From: Chiloscyllium plagiosum
Lineage: Eukaryota
Assembly: GCF_004010195.1 (NCBI RefSeq)
Contig: NC_057753.1
Coordinates: 5,485,282-5,549,281 of the forward strand
Direction of reading: 5' to 3'
Length of the DNA stretch: 64,000 bases
Part shown: in pieces, positions 38,894 to 53,022 of the stretch
Position numbering within the stretch: position 1 is the stretch's first letter
How the letters are laid out: every line of letters begins with the position of its first letter
The notes under the pieces: model-generated
What the model saw: only the letters and a program-made list of their open reading frames with translations
Told to the model about the DNA's origin: nothing
The model's database searches: none
Made by a program: the position numbers and the translations under genes

Positions 38894-40767
38894 GTCCACT
38901 TCCTCATTCAAATAGGGAACAGGTATTTCATTCTTGTTGGACTACGGATAAAACACGACTCAAAACAAATATCACGTGAATGTTGCCTAGTTAAATAGAA
39001 TTGTGAGAGCCATGAATATACTTTTCGAAAGAAAAGAGCTGCTTTGGATTGAGAAAACCAGTATTTATTAATGAGATCCTACAACTAATAACCAGTCCAG
39101 GGAAGGTTGATACAATAATATTGACCAACCAGCAGGATCTATCAGCTTTTCTTCGATTGGCCCAAGTTAAGGATAAACATTCATCTCTATAAGCTAATTT
39201 TATTTATGTCTTCAAGTATTTTGGCTTTAGCTACAAAGAGTTGGAAGAGAAATGTCAAGAAAAAAACCCCACTGCAACTGTACAGGGCATTGCAAAGGCC
39301 ACATTGCGATTACTATGTGCATTTTTTCGGAGAATGAAATATTTTCAGTGGCTGAATTGCAATAAGGACTCAGCAGCCTGGCTGTAGTAATGAATAGCTG
39401 AGGTCGATGTTCACTGAAATTGAGATGATCAGAGGACCTTTGAGGATGATATCTAAATACTGTTTAGGTGCTTGACATCGCAGGTAGTGATTCTTTTTTA
39501 AAAATCTGGCAGCCAAACATAAACCACAGGATCACAGTGTCAAAATAAGAGAGATTCCTTTCTGACTGTGGTACAGACTATTTTTCTCTCATAAATGTAT
39601 GCAAAACTTTGGGATTGGTCACCCTAGACAGGAGTGCTGAGTATATATAAAGCTTTTGGTATATTAAAAGCAAAATAACATATCTGCTGGAACTTTAAAA
39701 CAAACACAGAGAATACTGGAGAAACTCAGCACGACCAGCAGAATCTGTGGAGCGAGAAGCAGAATTGATAATTCCAGTACAGAGCATTCTGCCGATAGCC
39801 TTGAGTTTGTTCATTTGTGACACCGAATGAATGCAGATCCCAATGAATGCAAAGGGTGTCCAAGAATGAAATGCTAAACTTCACCTCTTATTTCGGTATT
39901 AGTGCATTCAATACATACAGTTATTACTATTGCTGGATGTTCCTTTCCCCTTCTCCTATTCGCAAAGTAAGATTGTGTTCAATTCGACGACAACAAGAAA
40001 CACCATCTTGCATTCGACATCTTCTGTTCAAAGTGTCTGCAGCCTTTTCATTTTCCTGGTAAAATGCTGAGTAGACTTTCTGAATTTTCCATGGTAGCAG
40101 CCCGGCAGGAGGTCTCTGTTTCTTTCATGGAGCTAACATGATTGATTACATTAGAATAAGAATCAAACACTTGAGACCTGGAGTCTGCAATGTCATTTGA
40201 TTAATTCTTGGCTAGCTTGCATTTCACCTCTATTCACCTGCTTCAATTGTTTCAAGTCGTTACCTATCATAATTCTTTCAAAGTTTGTTCATGGTATTAG
40301 TGAACCACTTCTCATGGAAGGCAAAGATTCCAGATTTTCCCCAATCTTTGTCAGAAGCAATTCTCCTTGACAACCTCTCAATGGTTCAATCTAATTTTAA
40401 GACCTGCCTCTTTTCTCTGGTCTTCCTCAACATAGCGGAAAACAAATCCATCTATCAGCCCTGAATTCTTTAATAGCTTAAACGCTGCTCAACAATTCCC
40501 CACCAGGCACACAGAACTCATTATGCAACATATTCCAAGAATTCTCGGAGGCTGTTGCCATTCTGGTGAATCTGTGCTGCTCTCCCTCCAACCACCGAAT
40601 CTCTCTTTCTCCAAAGCCAATACATCGTTGTTGAGATAGGGAGCGCAAGTCTGAACTGCCTGATTGATCCACAATATAAACAGAACATTTTTTTTTCTGA
40701 ATGGAGATAGAAATTCAAAGATTTCTTAATTCGCACAGATAATGAATAATTTGCAATGGTATTTTAC

Positions 40768-40837
40768 CTGGGACGGCAATAACTGTCAGTGAAGTGTAGT
40801 AAATGGCATAGACGAGACCTCTGGCTGGTGAATGCAT
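40768..40837 (-). CDS. GPCR copy 2, coding exon 1 (MHSPARGLVYAIYYTSLTVIAVP + G)
   Basis: Intact ATG and CCAG|gtaaaat donor; same length as the copy 1 exon. Confidence 0.85.
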
Positions 40838-42261
40838 TTTCTCCGAGATATTTGAGATGTATTTTTAGGTTTTATATTTGTTCTGTTTGATATTGAACGG
40901 AACTATTCTTATAGCTGATTTTAACCCCCGAGACATAATTAAAAGCTTTACCATTGATCTGAGTCACAATCTGTGGGAGATAATTGATCAGGTGACTTTG
41001 TCAACTGTATTAAGTGCAATTACTAAACTAACAGATGAGGTGACATCGTCAGCACTCAGTCATCCAAATTGCTCACATACTAGCGAGTTCACAAGCAACG
41101 GCAAAGTTTGTACACTGCTAGGACTGTTTATTAAGAGATGAAACACTAAATACATAGATTCTGAGCTTACCTCAAACTTGGGATTGCTTAGCTCCGTTGG
41201 TTGGACAACTGGTTGCAGTGACCATGAAATTCCCACTTCATGAACCTTGCCGCTCACCTGCAGAATGGTAACCCTCAGGTTGAGCCCTGAGCAGTCATCT
41301 TTTATAATTGGCGTTTGAGGCTGTGGTTTCCTGTATGGATTTCAAAACCGCGCCCAAAACGAAACAGGGTTGAAGCTTAATACTCTGGTTAAATTTGAAA
41401 TAAATAATCTTTGATTTGAACGCATCAGTTGTAAGTTTCATCCTTTTCAAACCAAGTGTTGATCACGACTCCGCTTGGAGCTGTGAAGAACAATGTGGTC
41501 GGACGATCGTACAGCAGGAACACAATTTCAGCTTGGCATGGTCATACGGGGTCACACTGAGAGGGACAAACGCCACTGTGATCTTTCTCATCTCTGTTCA
41601 TCGACAGCAAAGTCCCTGTGAGAGTCAATCCTTAGGGGAATCAGAAAATTATCCAAGCTGCTCTCGCTCACTGTTCAGATGTTGTAAGACACGGAACACA
41701 ACTGGGTTTGGAGTCAGCATGAACAAAGGGAATATTGGAAAGTGCTGTCACATAAGAGTTTGAGGTCAATTTGAGATCTGTTCCTGACGGTAAGTGAAAC
41801 GCTAGGTTTAAGTTTCCGGTCTGAAATAGATTGCTGCAATTGTCCTACGAAGGTTTAACGTTTTTATGTGGTAATTTCTGAAACTTTCATTTTGAAGGAC
41901 TTGTTAATTTTCATTCCAATGAACCTTCGAAAAACAAAATTTTATTAAAACAGGAGAAATTCAGAAGACCTTGATAACTTCTCGTATAATTATGTGGCAG
42001 ACATTTGATTATGTCATATAAAAAAGCATGCTGTATCCAAGTGCTTCTGTAATTAGGTTAGTAATGGGGGAGCTGGGCTGATAACCACAGATGTGTGTTC
42101 CAAAGCAACCGCTGAAGCTGGGAAACTCAAATTTGGTTAATCCAGTAAACGTGGAACGAATAAAATGCTGGTAGAACTGACTACGAAACTGCCGGGTTTT
42201 TGTCGAAATCTGCCAAGATCACAGCCACCTTCCAGAAAATGAAATTGAATTTCATAATCTG

Positions 42262-45200
42262 ATCTGTGAAAGGTCAGTCCACGTGAACGAATGTGTGGTC
42301 GACTCCATTGTGAGTGCTGTTCCCTCTCCCAGCCTGTTTTCTCACGCGCAGATTGATAATGGGGAGGGACCTATTCATCTACACTGAGTTGGGAGGGGAT
42401 TCAGTCAGGGAGGTGTGACTATACAAATTTGGACGATCTACACGTGGGCCGGACTGGAACCAATGTCTGAGGCAGTGCTTTTGCTAACGCTGTTGGGGAG
42501 GATTTAAACTAATGTGGCAGGGGGATAGGAACCCAAATGAAGAGGTTAGTGGTGAGTAAGGAGATAGTAACTAAAGCCTGTAAGGGACCAGATAATGAGA
42601 TCAGCATGACTAAGAGGAAGAGTAGACATGGAGCAGATGATGATTTCAAAGGGACAGATGACCTGAGTTGTATTTGTTTTAATATGAGATGGGTCGTAGG
42701 TAAGGCAGTTGAACTTAGGAGATGAATTAGACCCTGGGAGTATGATGTTATTGCTACTGCTGAGACTTGGTTGAGGGAAGGGCATGATTGGCAACTACGT
42801 ATCCCAGGATGTAGATGTTTCAGGCGGGATAGAGAGAGAGAGAGGAAAAAGGGGGGTGGAGGAATTGCATTACTGGTCAGAGAGGATGTCACAGCTGTGT
42901 TGAAGGAGAGCACTACGGAAGACTCGAGCAGTGAGGCAATATGGGCAGAGCTCAGAAATAGGAAGGGTGCGGAAACAATGTTGGGCGTGTACTATTGACC
43001 GCTCAATAGCGAGCCTGTGACAGTGATACAAACATGTAAATAGATTATGGAAAGATGGAGGAACAACAGGATGGGAGATATTAACATTCCCAACATTGAC
43101 TAGGATTCATTAGTGTTAGAGGTCTAAATGGAACAGAATTTGTAAGGAGCATCCAGGAGAGTGTTATAGACTTGATGTTGGGGAATGAGCCCGGTCAGGG
43201 TGGTTTAAGTTTCAGTAGGGGAATGCTTAGGCTATAGTGATCACATTTCCGTACATTTTAGAATGCTCATGGACAAAAATGAAAGTGGTCCTAAAGGAAG
43301 TTTTCTAAATTGGGAAAGCCAACCACAGCAAAATTCGGCAAGAGCTGGGGAATGTAGATTGGGAGTAGCTTTTTGAAGGTAAATGCACATTTGAAATGTG
43401 GGAGTCCTTTAAAAAGAGGTTGATCAGAGTGCATGACAGACATGTCCCTGTGAAAATGAAGGATAGAAATGGCAAGATTAGGGAACCATGGATGACAGGT
43501 GAAATTGTAAGATTAGCAAAAAGGAAAAAGGAAGCATACATTTGGTCTAGGCGACTGAAAACAGACGAAGCTTTGGAAGAATATTGGGAAAGTAAGACCA
43601 ATCTTAAATAAGGAATTAAGAGGGATAAAATGAGTTCTGAAATATCTTTAGCAAACAGGGTTAAGGAAAATCCTAGAGTCTTTTATTTCTATATAAGGAG
43701 CACGAGGATAACTAGAGAAAGGTTGCCCACTCAAGGACAAATGAGTAAAGTCATGCGTGGAGTTAGAGAAAGTGGGTGAGATCCTTAATGAATACTTTGC
43801 ATTGGTATTCACCGAGGAGAAGCACATGACGGATGTTGAAGTTATGGATAGATGTTGGATTACTCTGGTGAAGCCGGCATAAGGAGGGAGGAAGTGTCAG
43901 GTACTCTAAAAGGTGTTAAAGTGGACAAGTCCCCAGGTCAAGATGGGATCTATCGCTGGTTACTGAGGGAAGCGAGAGAGGAAATAACTGAGACTGTAAC
44001 AGATATATTTGCAGCATCCTTGAATATGGGTGAGGACTGGAGCTTTGCTAGTGTTGTCCCCTTGTTTAAGAAGGGTAGTAGGGATACTCCAAGTAATTAT
44101 AGACTGGTGACCTGATGTCAGTTGTAGGGAAGCTGCTGGAGAAGATACTGAGGGATAGGATCTAATTACATTTGGAAGAAAATGGCCTTATCAGTGGTCA
44201 GCAACATGATTTTGTGCAGGGTAGGTCATGCCTTACCAACGTAATAGAATTATTTGAGGAAGTTACAAAGTTGATTGATGAGGGAAGAGCAGTAGATGCG
44301 ACATACTTCAGTAATGTGATTGATAAGATTCCCCATGGTCGGCTGATGGAGAAATTGAAGTCACATGGGGTCCAGACTGTACTAGCTAGATGAATAGAGA
44401 GCTGACTGATCATCAGGAGACAGAGAGTAGTAATGGAATGGAGTTTCTCAAAATGGAGAACTGTGACCAGTGGTGTTCCTCAGGGATCCGTGTTGGGACC
44501 ACCGTTATTTGTGATACACACAAACGATCTGGAGGAAGGTGTAGGTGGTCTGATTAGCGAGTGTGCAGATGACCCTAAGATATGTGGATCAGCAGATAGT
44601 GAAGGGGTCTGTCAGAGAATACAGCAGAATATAGATAGTTTGGAGAGTTAGGCAGAGAAATGGCAGATGGAGTTCATTCCGGGTAAATGCTAGGTGATGC
44701 ATTTTGGAAGATCCAATTCAAGATTGAATTTTCGGTAAATGGAAAAACCTTGGGGAAAATTGAAGTACAGTGAGATTTGGGTGTTCAGATCCATTGTATA
44801 CTGAAGGTGGCAACGCAGGTCGATGGAGAGGTCAAGAATGTATACCATATGTTTTTCTTCATCGGACGGGGTATTGAGTAAAAGAGTTGGCAGGTCATGT
44901 TAGTTACATAGGACTTTGGTTTTGTCACATTCGGAATACTGCATACAGTCCTCGTCGCCACATTATCAAAATTACGTGGATGCTTTGGAGAGGGTGCAGA
45001 GGAGGTTCACTACGATGTTGCCTGGCATGGAAGGTGCTATATTTGAAGAGAGGTTGTGTAGATTAGGACTATGTTCATTAGAAAGACGGAGGTGGAGGGG
45101 GACCTGATTGAGGTTTACAAAATCGTGAGAGGTGCAGACAGGGTGGATAGCAAGAAGCTTTTTCCTGGAGTGGGGGAATCAATTACTTGGGGTCACGAGC

Positions 45201-45480
45201 TCAAAGTGAGAGGGGAAAGTTTAAGGAAGATACGTGTGGAAAGTTCTTTACGCAGGGGGTGATGGGTGTCTGGAATGCGTTGCCAGCGGAGGAAGTGGAG
45301 GCGGGCACGATAGCATCATTTAAGAGGTACCTAGATAAATGCATGAATGGGCCAGGAGCAGAGGAAGGCAGACTCTTAGAAAGTAGGCTTAGATAGAGGA
45401 GTTGATTGATGCAGACTTGGAGGACCGAAGGGCCTGTTCCCGTGCTGTAATTTTCCTTGTTCTTTTTCTTTGTACTTTCT
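42262..45480 (+). mobile_element. CR1/HER1 LINE with near-complete but decayed ORF2
   Basis: AETWLREG..., KSPGQDGIY, SGVPQGSVLGP, LERVQRRFT; same tail as the 31826 element. Confidence 0.92.
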
Positions 45481-45849
45481 CTTCTCAACTTAAAACTGTG
45501 CCTTCCAAGTATTGACTCTGCTACCCAAATGAAAAGACTTGACTTTTCACCCTATCTATATGCCTCATGATTTTGGAAGCTTTCATAAGGTAACCCCTGA
45601 GCTTGTGATGCTCTAGGGAAAGCAACCATGCCTTATTCAGCCTCTTCCTATCGCTCAAAACTCTCCAATGTTGTCAACATCCTTGAAAATATTTTCGGCA
45701 CTCTTTTAAGTTCCACAACATCCTTCCCTAGCAGGCAGAAAAGAATTGAATGCGTTATTCCAAAAGTGGCCTAACCAATGTCCTTTACAGTCACAACGTC
45801 ACCTGCCAATGCCTATACTGAATGCACTGTCTAATATAGGCTCGCATAC

Positions 45850-46719
45850 TGTTGGGGCGATTCTGTGGAATTAATACATTTTCTGCAAACCAAAAAGTTC
45901 AAAGGACATGACAATTCTTTCATGCATCTACTGGTGCAGTGCAAGGAGTGGTCAAAGACTACCCCAAATGTGACCTCAACGTGATTATCCAATTGCCCAC
46001 TTAATCTTCAGCTCAGATCAGAAGAAAAGTCAATGATGTTCTAATCGTAAAAACAAATAAATTGATTTTTATGCACTTTTCTTGTAACATTCAAGTAATG
46101 GCACATCCACCCACTGCCTCACCCTTGTATACTAGTGGTTACTTAGTGCTGTGTTATTCAACTATGATTGGGTTTCCAGGACATCATTTACCTCTTGTTG
46201 CTGTGATCTATTTGGCCATTTTAGTTCGTGGGATATTGAAGTCTTCGTGGTCACTTGTGCCCTTTTATCACTCAATGAGGTATGCGTCTGCTATTTTGTA
46301 CAAGGCTATAACAGAGTCTTCTTTGAGATTTCTCGCCATTCCAACACTCTTAGGTACTCTCCTTGATAAGAGAGAGTGATGTCCCTCTCTATTCCTCGTA
46401 ATTCATTTTCAAGCCTTTCTTTCTAATGTTTTGCTAAGTGATGATTATATACGTGTCTGGTAAATATAAAACATACTATGAGACTATATCCATGATTTCT
46501 AAACAAATCTTGACAGAGATAACTAATTGGTATGAAGTGTTCTTATATTTAGAACAACAGAGAATGTTGCAAATTCAATCTTACTGAACAGTTCTTGTTT
46601 TAAGTGCTGAGAACACAGGCCATTTTCACACTCTGTAATCTCTGTTAAAAATGTCCTGCAACGCTTCTTGGTGTTTTCGTTGGCCATTTCCTGCTGTACT
46701 GTCGTTGGGAGCCCTAACA
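45850..46719 (-). mobile_element. Solo LTR, 870 bp
   Basis: TGTTGGGG...CCCTAACA inverted ends, 5-bp TSD catac/catat, minus-strand CCAAT and TATA-like motifs. Confidence 0.72.
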
Positions 46720-47526
46720 CATATGAAACCCCTTCTTCACTATCATGTCTACTTGCAACTTTACTTCTAAGAAACTATGAACCTGCAGTCCAAGGTCTCT
46801 TTGCTCAGCAACACTCCCCAAACACTTACAATTAAGTTTAAACGCTCTGCCATGATTTGCCTTTCAAAAATCCTGTACCTCATGTTTATGTGAATTTAAC
46901 TCCAGTGGTCACTCTTCGGCCCATCAGCCTATCTGAAGTACTCTAAAATAACCTTCTTCGCTATCCATTGCACCACCAATTTTGCTGTCATCTGCAAAGT
47001 TACTAACCATATCTCTTATGTTCACATTTTAATCATTTATGTAAATAGCAAAATGCAGTGGACCCAATATCGATCCTTGAGCCATACTGCTGGTCACAGG
47101 CCTCCAGTCACAAAAGCAAGTCTCGAGTAACCGCCCCCCCCCACCCGTTTCCTACCTTCGAGGCAGTTCTAATCCAAATGACTAGTTCTCCTAATATTCC
47201 ATGTGATCTATCTTTGCTGAACAGTCCACCATGTAGAACGATGTCGAATGCCTTACTGATGTCCATATGGATCACGTCCACCACTGCATATTCATCAATA
47301 TGTTCTTTCTCATTGTAATCCGTCTTGGAATTATCTTCACGAGTCAGACCACAAGTATGAGGGAAATGGGCATAATCTGTCGTGCAATGGGGAGGTGATG
47401 GCGCCGTAGTTTTATCAACAGCCGATTTTTCCAGAGATCCAGGTAACGTTCTGAGGCTCTGGTTCAAGCCCTACCATGGCAGATAGTACTTGTAACGAGA
47501 TCAGCAAACTGTGCCACCGTGCCGGT

Positions 47527-47841
47527 GGGCGGCACGGTGGCACAGTGGTTAGCACTGCTGCCTCGCAGCGCCAGAGACCCGGGTTCAATTCCCGCCTCAG
47601 GCGACTGACTGTGTGGAGTTTGCACGTTCTCCCCGTGTCTGCGTGGGTTTCCTCCGGGTGCTCCGGTTTCCTCCCACAGTCCAAAGATGTGCAGGTCAGG
47701 TGAATTGGCCATGCTAAATTGCCCGTAGTGTTAGGTAAGGGGTAAATGTATGGGTGGGTTGCGCTTCGGCGGGGCGGTGTGGACTTGTTGGGCCGAAGGG
47801 CCTGTTTCCACACTGTAAGTAATCTAATCTAATCTAATCTA
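47527..47841 (+). mobile_element. Young HE1 SINE
   Basis: Full head-to-tail consensus with (TAATC)n tail. Confidence 0.92.
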
Positions 47842-50800
47842 TATATAATAGGCAATGAGTTCTCTGATTGGGACTGCTAATCTGGTCTAATCAAGATCCG
47901 CTGGTATCCAGATAAAAAAGGGGATGATTGTAGGAGGCACTGAAACACGGGTGCATGACTCTATGCGGCATTACTCAATTCAATGACTGACCATATGTAA
48001 ATAAAGGCTGACTTGGTGATGAGGTCTCAGCCTTCCTGAAGTTATTTCAGTGTGATTTAAATTCAATACAAATCTGGAATTAAGAGTCGAATGATGACCA
48101 TGAAATCAATATTGATTGTCAGAAAATCCCATCTGGTTGACGAACATCCTTTGGGGAAGGACATCTTTATCAGGTCTGGTCGGCATGTGACTTCAGACCT
48201 ATAGCAATTTTTCTGACTCTCAACTGCCCTCTGGGTAATTAGGGATGGACAACAAATGCTGGCCTGACCAGTGATGTTCACGCCCTGTGAATTAGTTTTA
48301 ACTCAAAAAGGAAAATAGAGGCTGAAATTAAATAAATATGATGTCCTGTATTGTACAGTATTCTACTTCCAGGGCTGATTGACAACAGTGACAATAGGCA
48401 ACTCAATCTTAGTGCATTACTCTCATTACATTGTCTCCAAGATGCTGTGTTGCCCATGCTGCATTCGATTGGAAGCAGCAACTGTTTCTCTCTTCACCGA
48501 TGCTGCCAGATGTTCTGAGTTTCTCCAGCACTTTATGTTTTCCGATTTGCAGCAACCATTGTACTTTGTCTTGATTTGTGTGTCCTCAGGTGCTGTAATT
48601 GTTAGTGCAGTTGTCATTTTGCAACAAGAATAAGCCAATTAGTCCATCAAGCCTGCCTTGCCATTCATTATCGACAACCCAAATTCATTTTACCCAACCC
48701 GTCCCCATTACCTTGTGCACATTTTATAATCAATACTGAACCAATTTATAACAAAAACATGTTAAAAGACTAAGTTCTTTGTGCCAGAGAATTCCAAAGT
48801 TTCACAACTGTCTGACTCAAAAACGAAGACTTGGAATCCAAAACCTAACAGTCACCCCTTTGTTTTTAAATTGTGTCCTTGGTTCTAGACTCCCAAACCT
48901 TCTGAAACATCTTAACTGCATGTACACTGTCTACCCCTTTAAGTATTGTGTAAATTTCAATTAGATCGCCTCTCGTTCTTCTAAACTCTATGAAATACAT
49001 GTCCAGTTTGCCCAAACTTTCATAGGAGAGACCCGCTGTTCTGGGAAGAAGTCTGGTGAACCTTTGTTCCACTCCCTGTATGGTAATAATATCTTTCCTC
49101 AGAACAGGAGACCAAAACTGCACACTGTACCCCAGATATGTCCACGAGTATGTCATTGAGTATATTAGCTGTTTCGTGTGAGGTGTAACACAAATATTGT
49201 ATTCTCTGTGTAGACAATGTTTATCCTCTAATATTCCAATTGAACGATTTGAATGGTGCTGCTAGGGAATTCTTCACCAGGGATTTGGAAAAATGACCAT
49301 GACAGAACCAGGCTCGCTTTTGGCCCCACATAAAATGATTGCAAGTGATTGCATCTGAGATCAGAATATTTTTTAGCCTGAATTGTGCTGAATGATGACA
49401 GTACTAAACTACTTGCAACCCTTCTGCCAGTTCACTTACTAAAACCAAGGATTCCCTTTTTCTCACATCCTGTCTGCCCAGCTAATCGAATCATCCAGTC
49501 CTTGAATCATTTGTGCATTTTTTCATCATGTTCCCAGACTTCTGTAGTGAATGTTGAGATGTTTACTGCTGCACTAACGTTCCCTTTGTATAAAGACGTC
49601 GACAGAAATATTTCTCCTGGAGTTCGTCACATATTAAGTTCTCAATGGGACAGTGTCTCATTCAATGAGGGAGCTCGAGTATCAATTCGAGCCCCACACT
49701 CCCATTGTTTGCTGGACCAGCCTCCTGCCGCTCACTCTTCTCCCTGGGCCTTCCAACCTACCGCTCATTTTCAACAAATATTTTCTGTGACTTGCCATCT
49801 GATTTTCATCGACTATCCTGAACATCTGCTGATAGCGTTTATGCAGCACCTCTATCCTTTCAAACACCTTCCACTTTTCAGGTCTGCAGAATGGTTCTGC
49901 ACGAACAGTCATTGGACCCGAAACATTAGGTCTGTTTTCTCTGCCAGACATGTTGAGATTCGCCATTACTTCAATTTTTGTAAGATTTGCAGCATCCTCA
50001 GTTTTTTGTTTTACGTATGTGCATGTCAATCATATGCGCTGGGTGAATTGATCAATTTGGAAGCCCTGACGCAGTGACGAACTAAAAACCAATGCATTAG
50101 GTACATTAGCTATTGAACTTAAAGTGCGTATGTGCATTTCTATCACAGTGGATCTGGCAGTACCTGCGGAGAGAATTTGGATTTAATGTTTTGGTTCCAT
50201 TGACTGCTGCCCAGTTCTGAGGAAGGGTTACTAGACGTAAAACATTAATTCTGATTTCTCTCTACAAATGCTGCCAGACCTATTGAGATTTTCAGCAAAT
50301 TTTGCTTTTGTTCCTTATTTCTTTCACAGTTCTTTCAGTTTTTGTCCTGGTAATTCTCGTCGGTGATCCAGTGCTATCACATTCTTCCTCACCTGCAGAG
50401 GTTAGAACAGCACGCAGTACTCTAACAGAGGCTGAATTAACGTTTTCCAAAGTTCCATCATAACCTTGATGCCTCCAGGCAAAATATATCTCGCGTATTG
50501 TTACAAAAAGAGCCCTACTACCAATGCAGCACTTGGGACAGCCAATGAGTTTGACTTTCCATGCGGAGGCAACTACCTCTAAAAAGATCGGATGCAAGGG
50601 TATGGAGAAAAAAAAGCAAGTAATTGGCTGTGAGGACCCAGGATATGTTGAGAAGTCGAATGGCCTTCTCCCGCGCTGAAACAATTCTGTCTGATACATC
50701 GCTCCCAGATCCGCCTGCTCTCCTCCCATTGGCTCGGAACTGCTGTGATTCATCACCTGTACCTCCCACGGCCGAAGCGATCGCATGCTCAGAAGGCGCA

Positions 50801-50859
50801 GATCGTTGGTGAAGGCATGCACAGTATCCAGGGGGAATGTGCACCGATAAGGAATTCAA

Positions 50860-51615
50860 TGAAGAAAAAAAATGAAAAAAGAATGTGTAATGGGAGGAGT
50901 AATAATACTGAAGGAGGTATATGTAAATGGAGGAGTTATAATACTGAGAATAGAATGCATGAATGGTGGAGAATTTGTATGATGAAGGGATATGTAAACA
51001 GAAAAAAAATCATTCTTAGGCAGAGATGTGTAAAAAAGGGACTAATATTACCGAGAAACGAGTATGAAAGTTGAGGAGAATAAATACTGAAGAAGTGATA
51101 TGCAAATGGAAAAATACTTCTGAGGAAGGGCTATGCAAATGGAGAGCACCAATATTGAGAAAGTGATGCCTAAAAAAAGATGTAATATTACTGAAGAAAG
51201 GATGTCTAATTGGAGAAATATTACAGAGTAAGGAATGTGCAATCGGCGTAATAATACCGAGAAAGGGATTTGCAAATGGAGATATAACATTGAGCAGGAA
51301 GTGTGTGTAAATGAAGGAGAGCATTATAGCGAGGAATAGATGGTTAAAAAGTGAGGGGACTGTAAATAGAGACGAAAAAGTACTGAGGAAAAGATATTTT
51401 AAAAAGTGACGGGCTGCTTAAATGTAGGAGAAATGATAGCTGAGAGGAGGTCGTTTAAGAAGTAAATGGATGTGAAAGTAGAGATATGATGACTGAGCAG
51501 GGGATGATTAGAATGCGAAGTGGCTGTAATGAGGATTGTGCCCCAAATGTTCAGGAAGTGAGGGATCTATAATTGCAGGTTAAATGATAATTGAGCAAGA
51601 CATATCTTCAAAGTC
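50860..51615 (+). repeat. Same minisatellite, shorter array
   Basis: Same consensus and the same downstream flank. Confidence 0.8.
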
Positions 51616-51879
51616 GCATTGAATCTCAGAGGCAATCAGCTTATTGAGCTTGCAATGGCTTTTTTGAAAAAGATTGATTGTCCCTCCCTTTCCACAGAAC
51701 CTCAACTAAATGTTTCAGCCCTGCATTTCTCTCTGACCTGCAGTGTAACTGCTCACCGTGCCATAATATATTGCCTCAAGTTAGCATTCATCTTGGGTCA
51801 TTGCTTTTTATATATCGGCAAACGAAACAGTTTTTCCTTTTCTGTTCTGTTCAGAGACCTTGTGATGTTCGCAGGTGGA

Positions 51880-52415
51880 AATGTGCCACCACATTGGACC
51901 ATACATCTGCTCTAAATGTAGGAAAGGACTCACGGTGCAACCCGCCTGCAGTCGCACCGGCTTGTTCGCTCTGAGGAGAAACAATTCAACTGCACATGCT
52001 GTGGAAAGAGCTATAGGTAGTCATCCACTCTGACTGCATACCAGCGACTTAAAATTGGGAAGAGGCCATGCAGCTGACCGACTATGGGAAGGGATTCACT
52101 CAGTCATCCCACCTGCTGATAACCCAGCGAATTCACACTGAGGAAAGACCATTCTGCTGCACATTCTACGGGAACAGCTCTCGATGTTCAGGCAATCTTA
52201 TTTCACATTGGCGTGTTCACACAGTGGAGAAGCTATTCACCTGTTATGAGCATAGGAAGAGAGTAACTCTGTCATCTACCCGTTAAGACACCAGAGAATT
52301 CACACCGGAGCAGAACTGTTTGTCTGCTTCGAGGGTGGGAAGAGATTAATTTGGTCATCTCACCTGGCGACACACCAGCGATCTCACATTGGGAGACCAT
52401 TCATCTGCTCGATGT
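51880..52415 (+). pseudogene. Decayed C2H2 zinc-finger gene, 5' part deleted (paralog of 26700-27730)
   Basis: [27 protein letters not shown]..., [14 protein letters not shown]; aligns to ~27270-27730. Confidence 0.85.
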
Positions 52416-53022
52416 AATTCATCTGGCATTTAATAATCCTGAAAGGGATGCAGTACCTCTGTAATAGCGGCTGCGTATGATCTTTCCCCATAAGTCAGGA
52501 ACCTTCATCAAAACTTAAGTTTCCAACAAAGTTATGAACGTTTTGTTTAATTCCAAATTGACTATTGTTATGAACTCTGCAAGTGAGTATGTGAACGATC
52601 CCACTGATTAACATCTCTGATAAAAAAAAAACTAATGATCCTTGCTGACAATTCTTATTGACTTGCACATACCATCCTTACATCTTCCATTATTCGCCAT
52701 GAAGAAAGAAGAACAGGAATTCTAGAAGAATTTCGATTCGTCAAATGTTACCTTTCACCTGATACAGACAACCCCTGCAGAGCAATGGAGATATGTGCTG
52801 TCAGGAATCTGTGCGTGTTAAACGCATAGGATCTTAAGAAATGTGTAACATCTTATACAAATGGTCACTTTCTCTGCCATATTCTCGGGAGAAAAGGTTC
52901 CACAGCAGCTTTCTGGTTGTCGGACACAGTCAGGCCTTTTTATTTTGCCCAAAATATTTTTAACCCTGAAACAACTGGATCCCATTACCCATTTGTAAAC
53001 TAACTGTAAAAGTTAAAGCGGG

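Noticed and set aside
49385..50077. 230-aa ORF
   Set aside because: Non-ATG start, no recognisable domain, runs through a decayed Penelope-type terminus, and is not seen in other modules.
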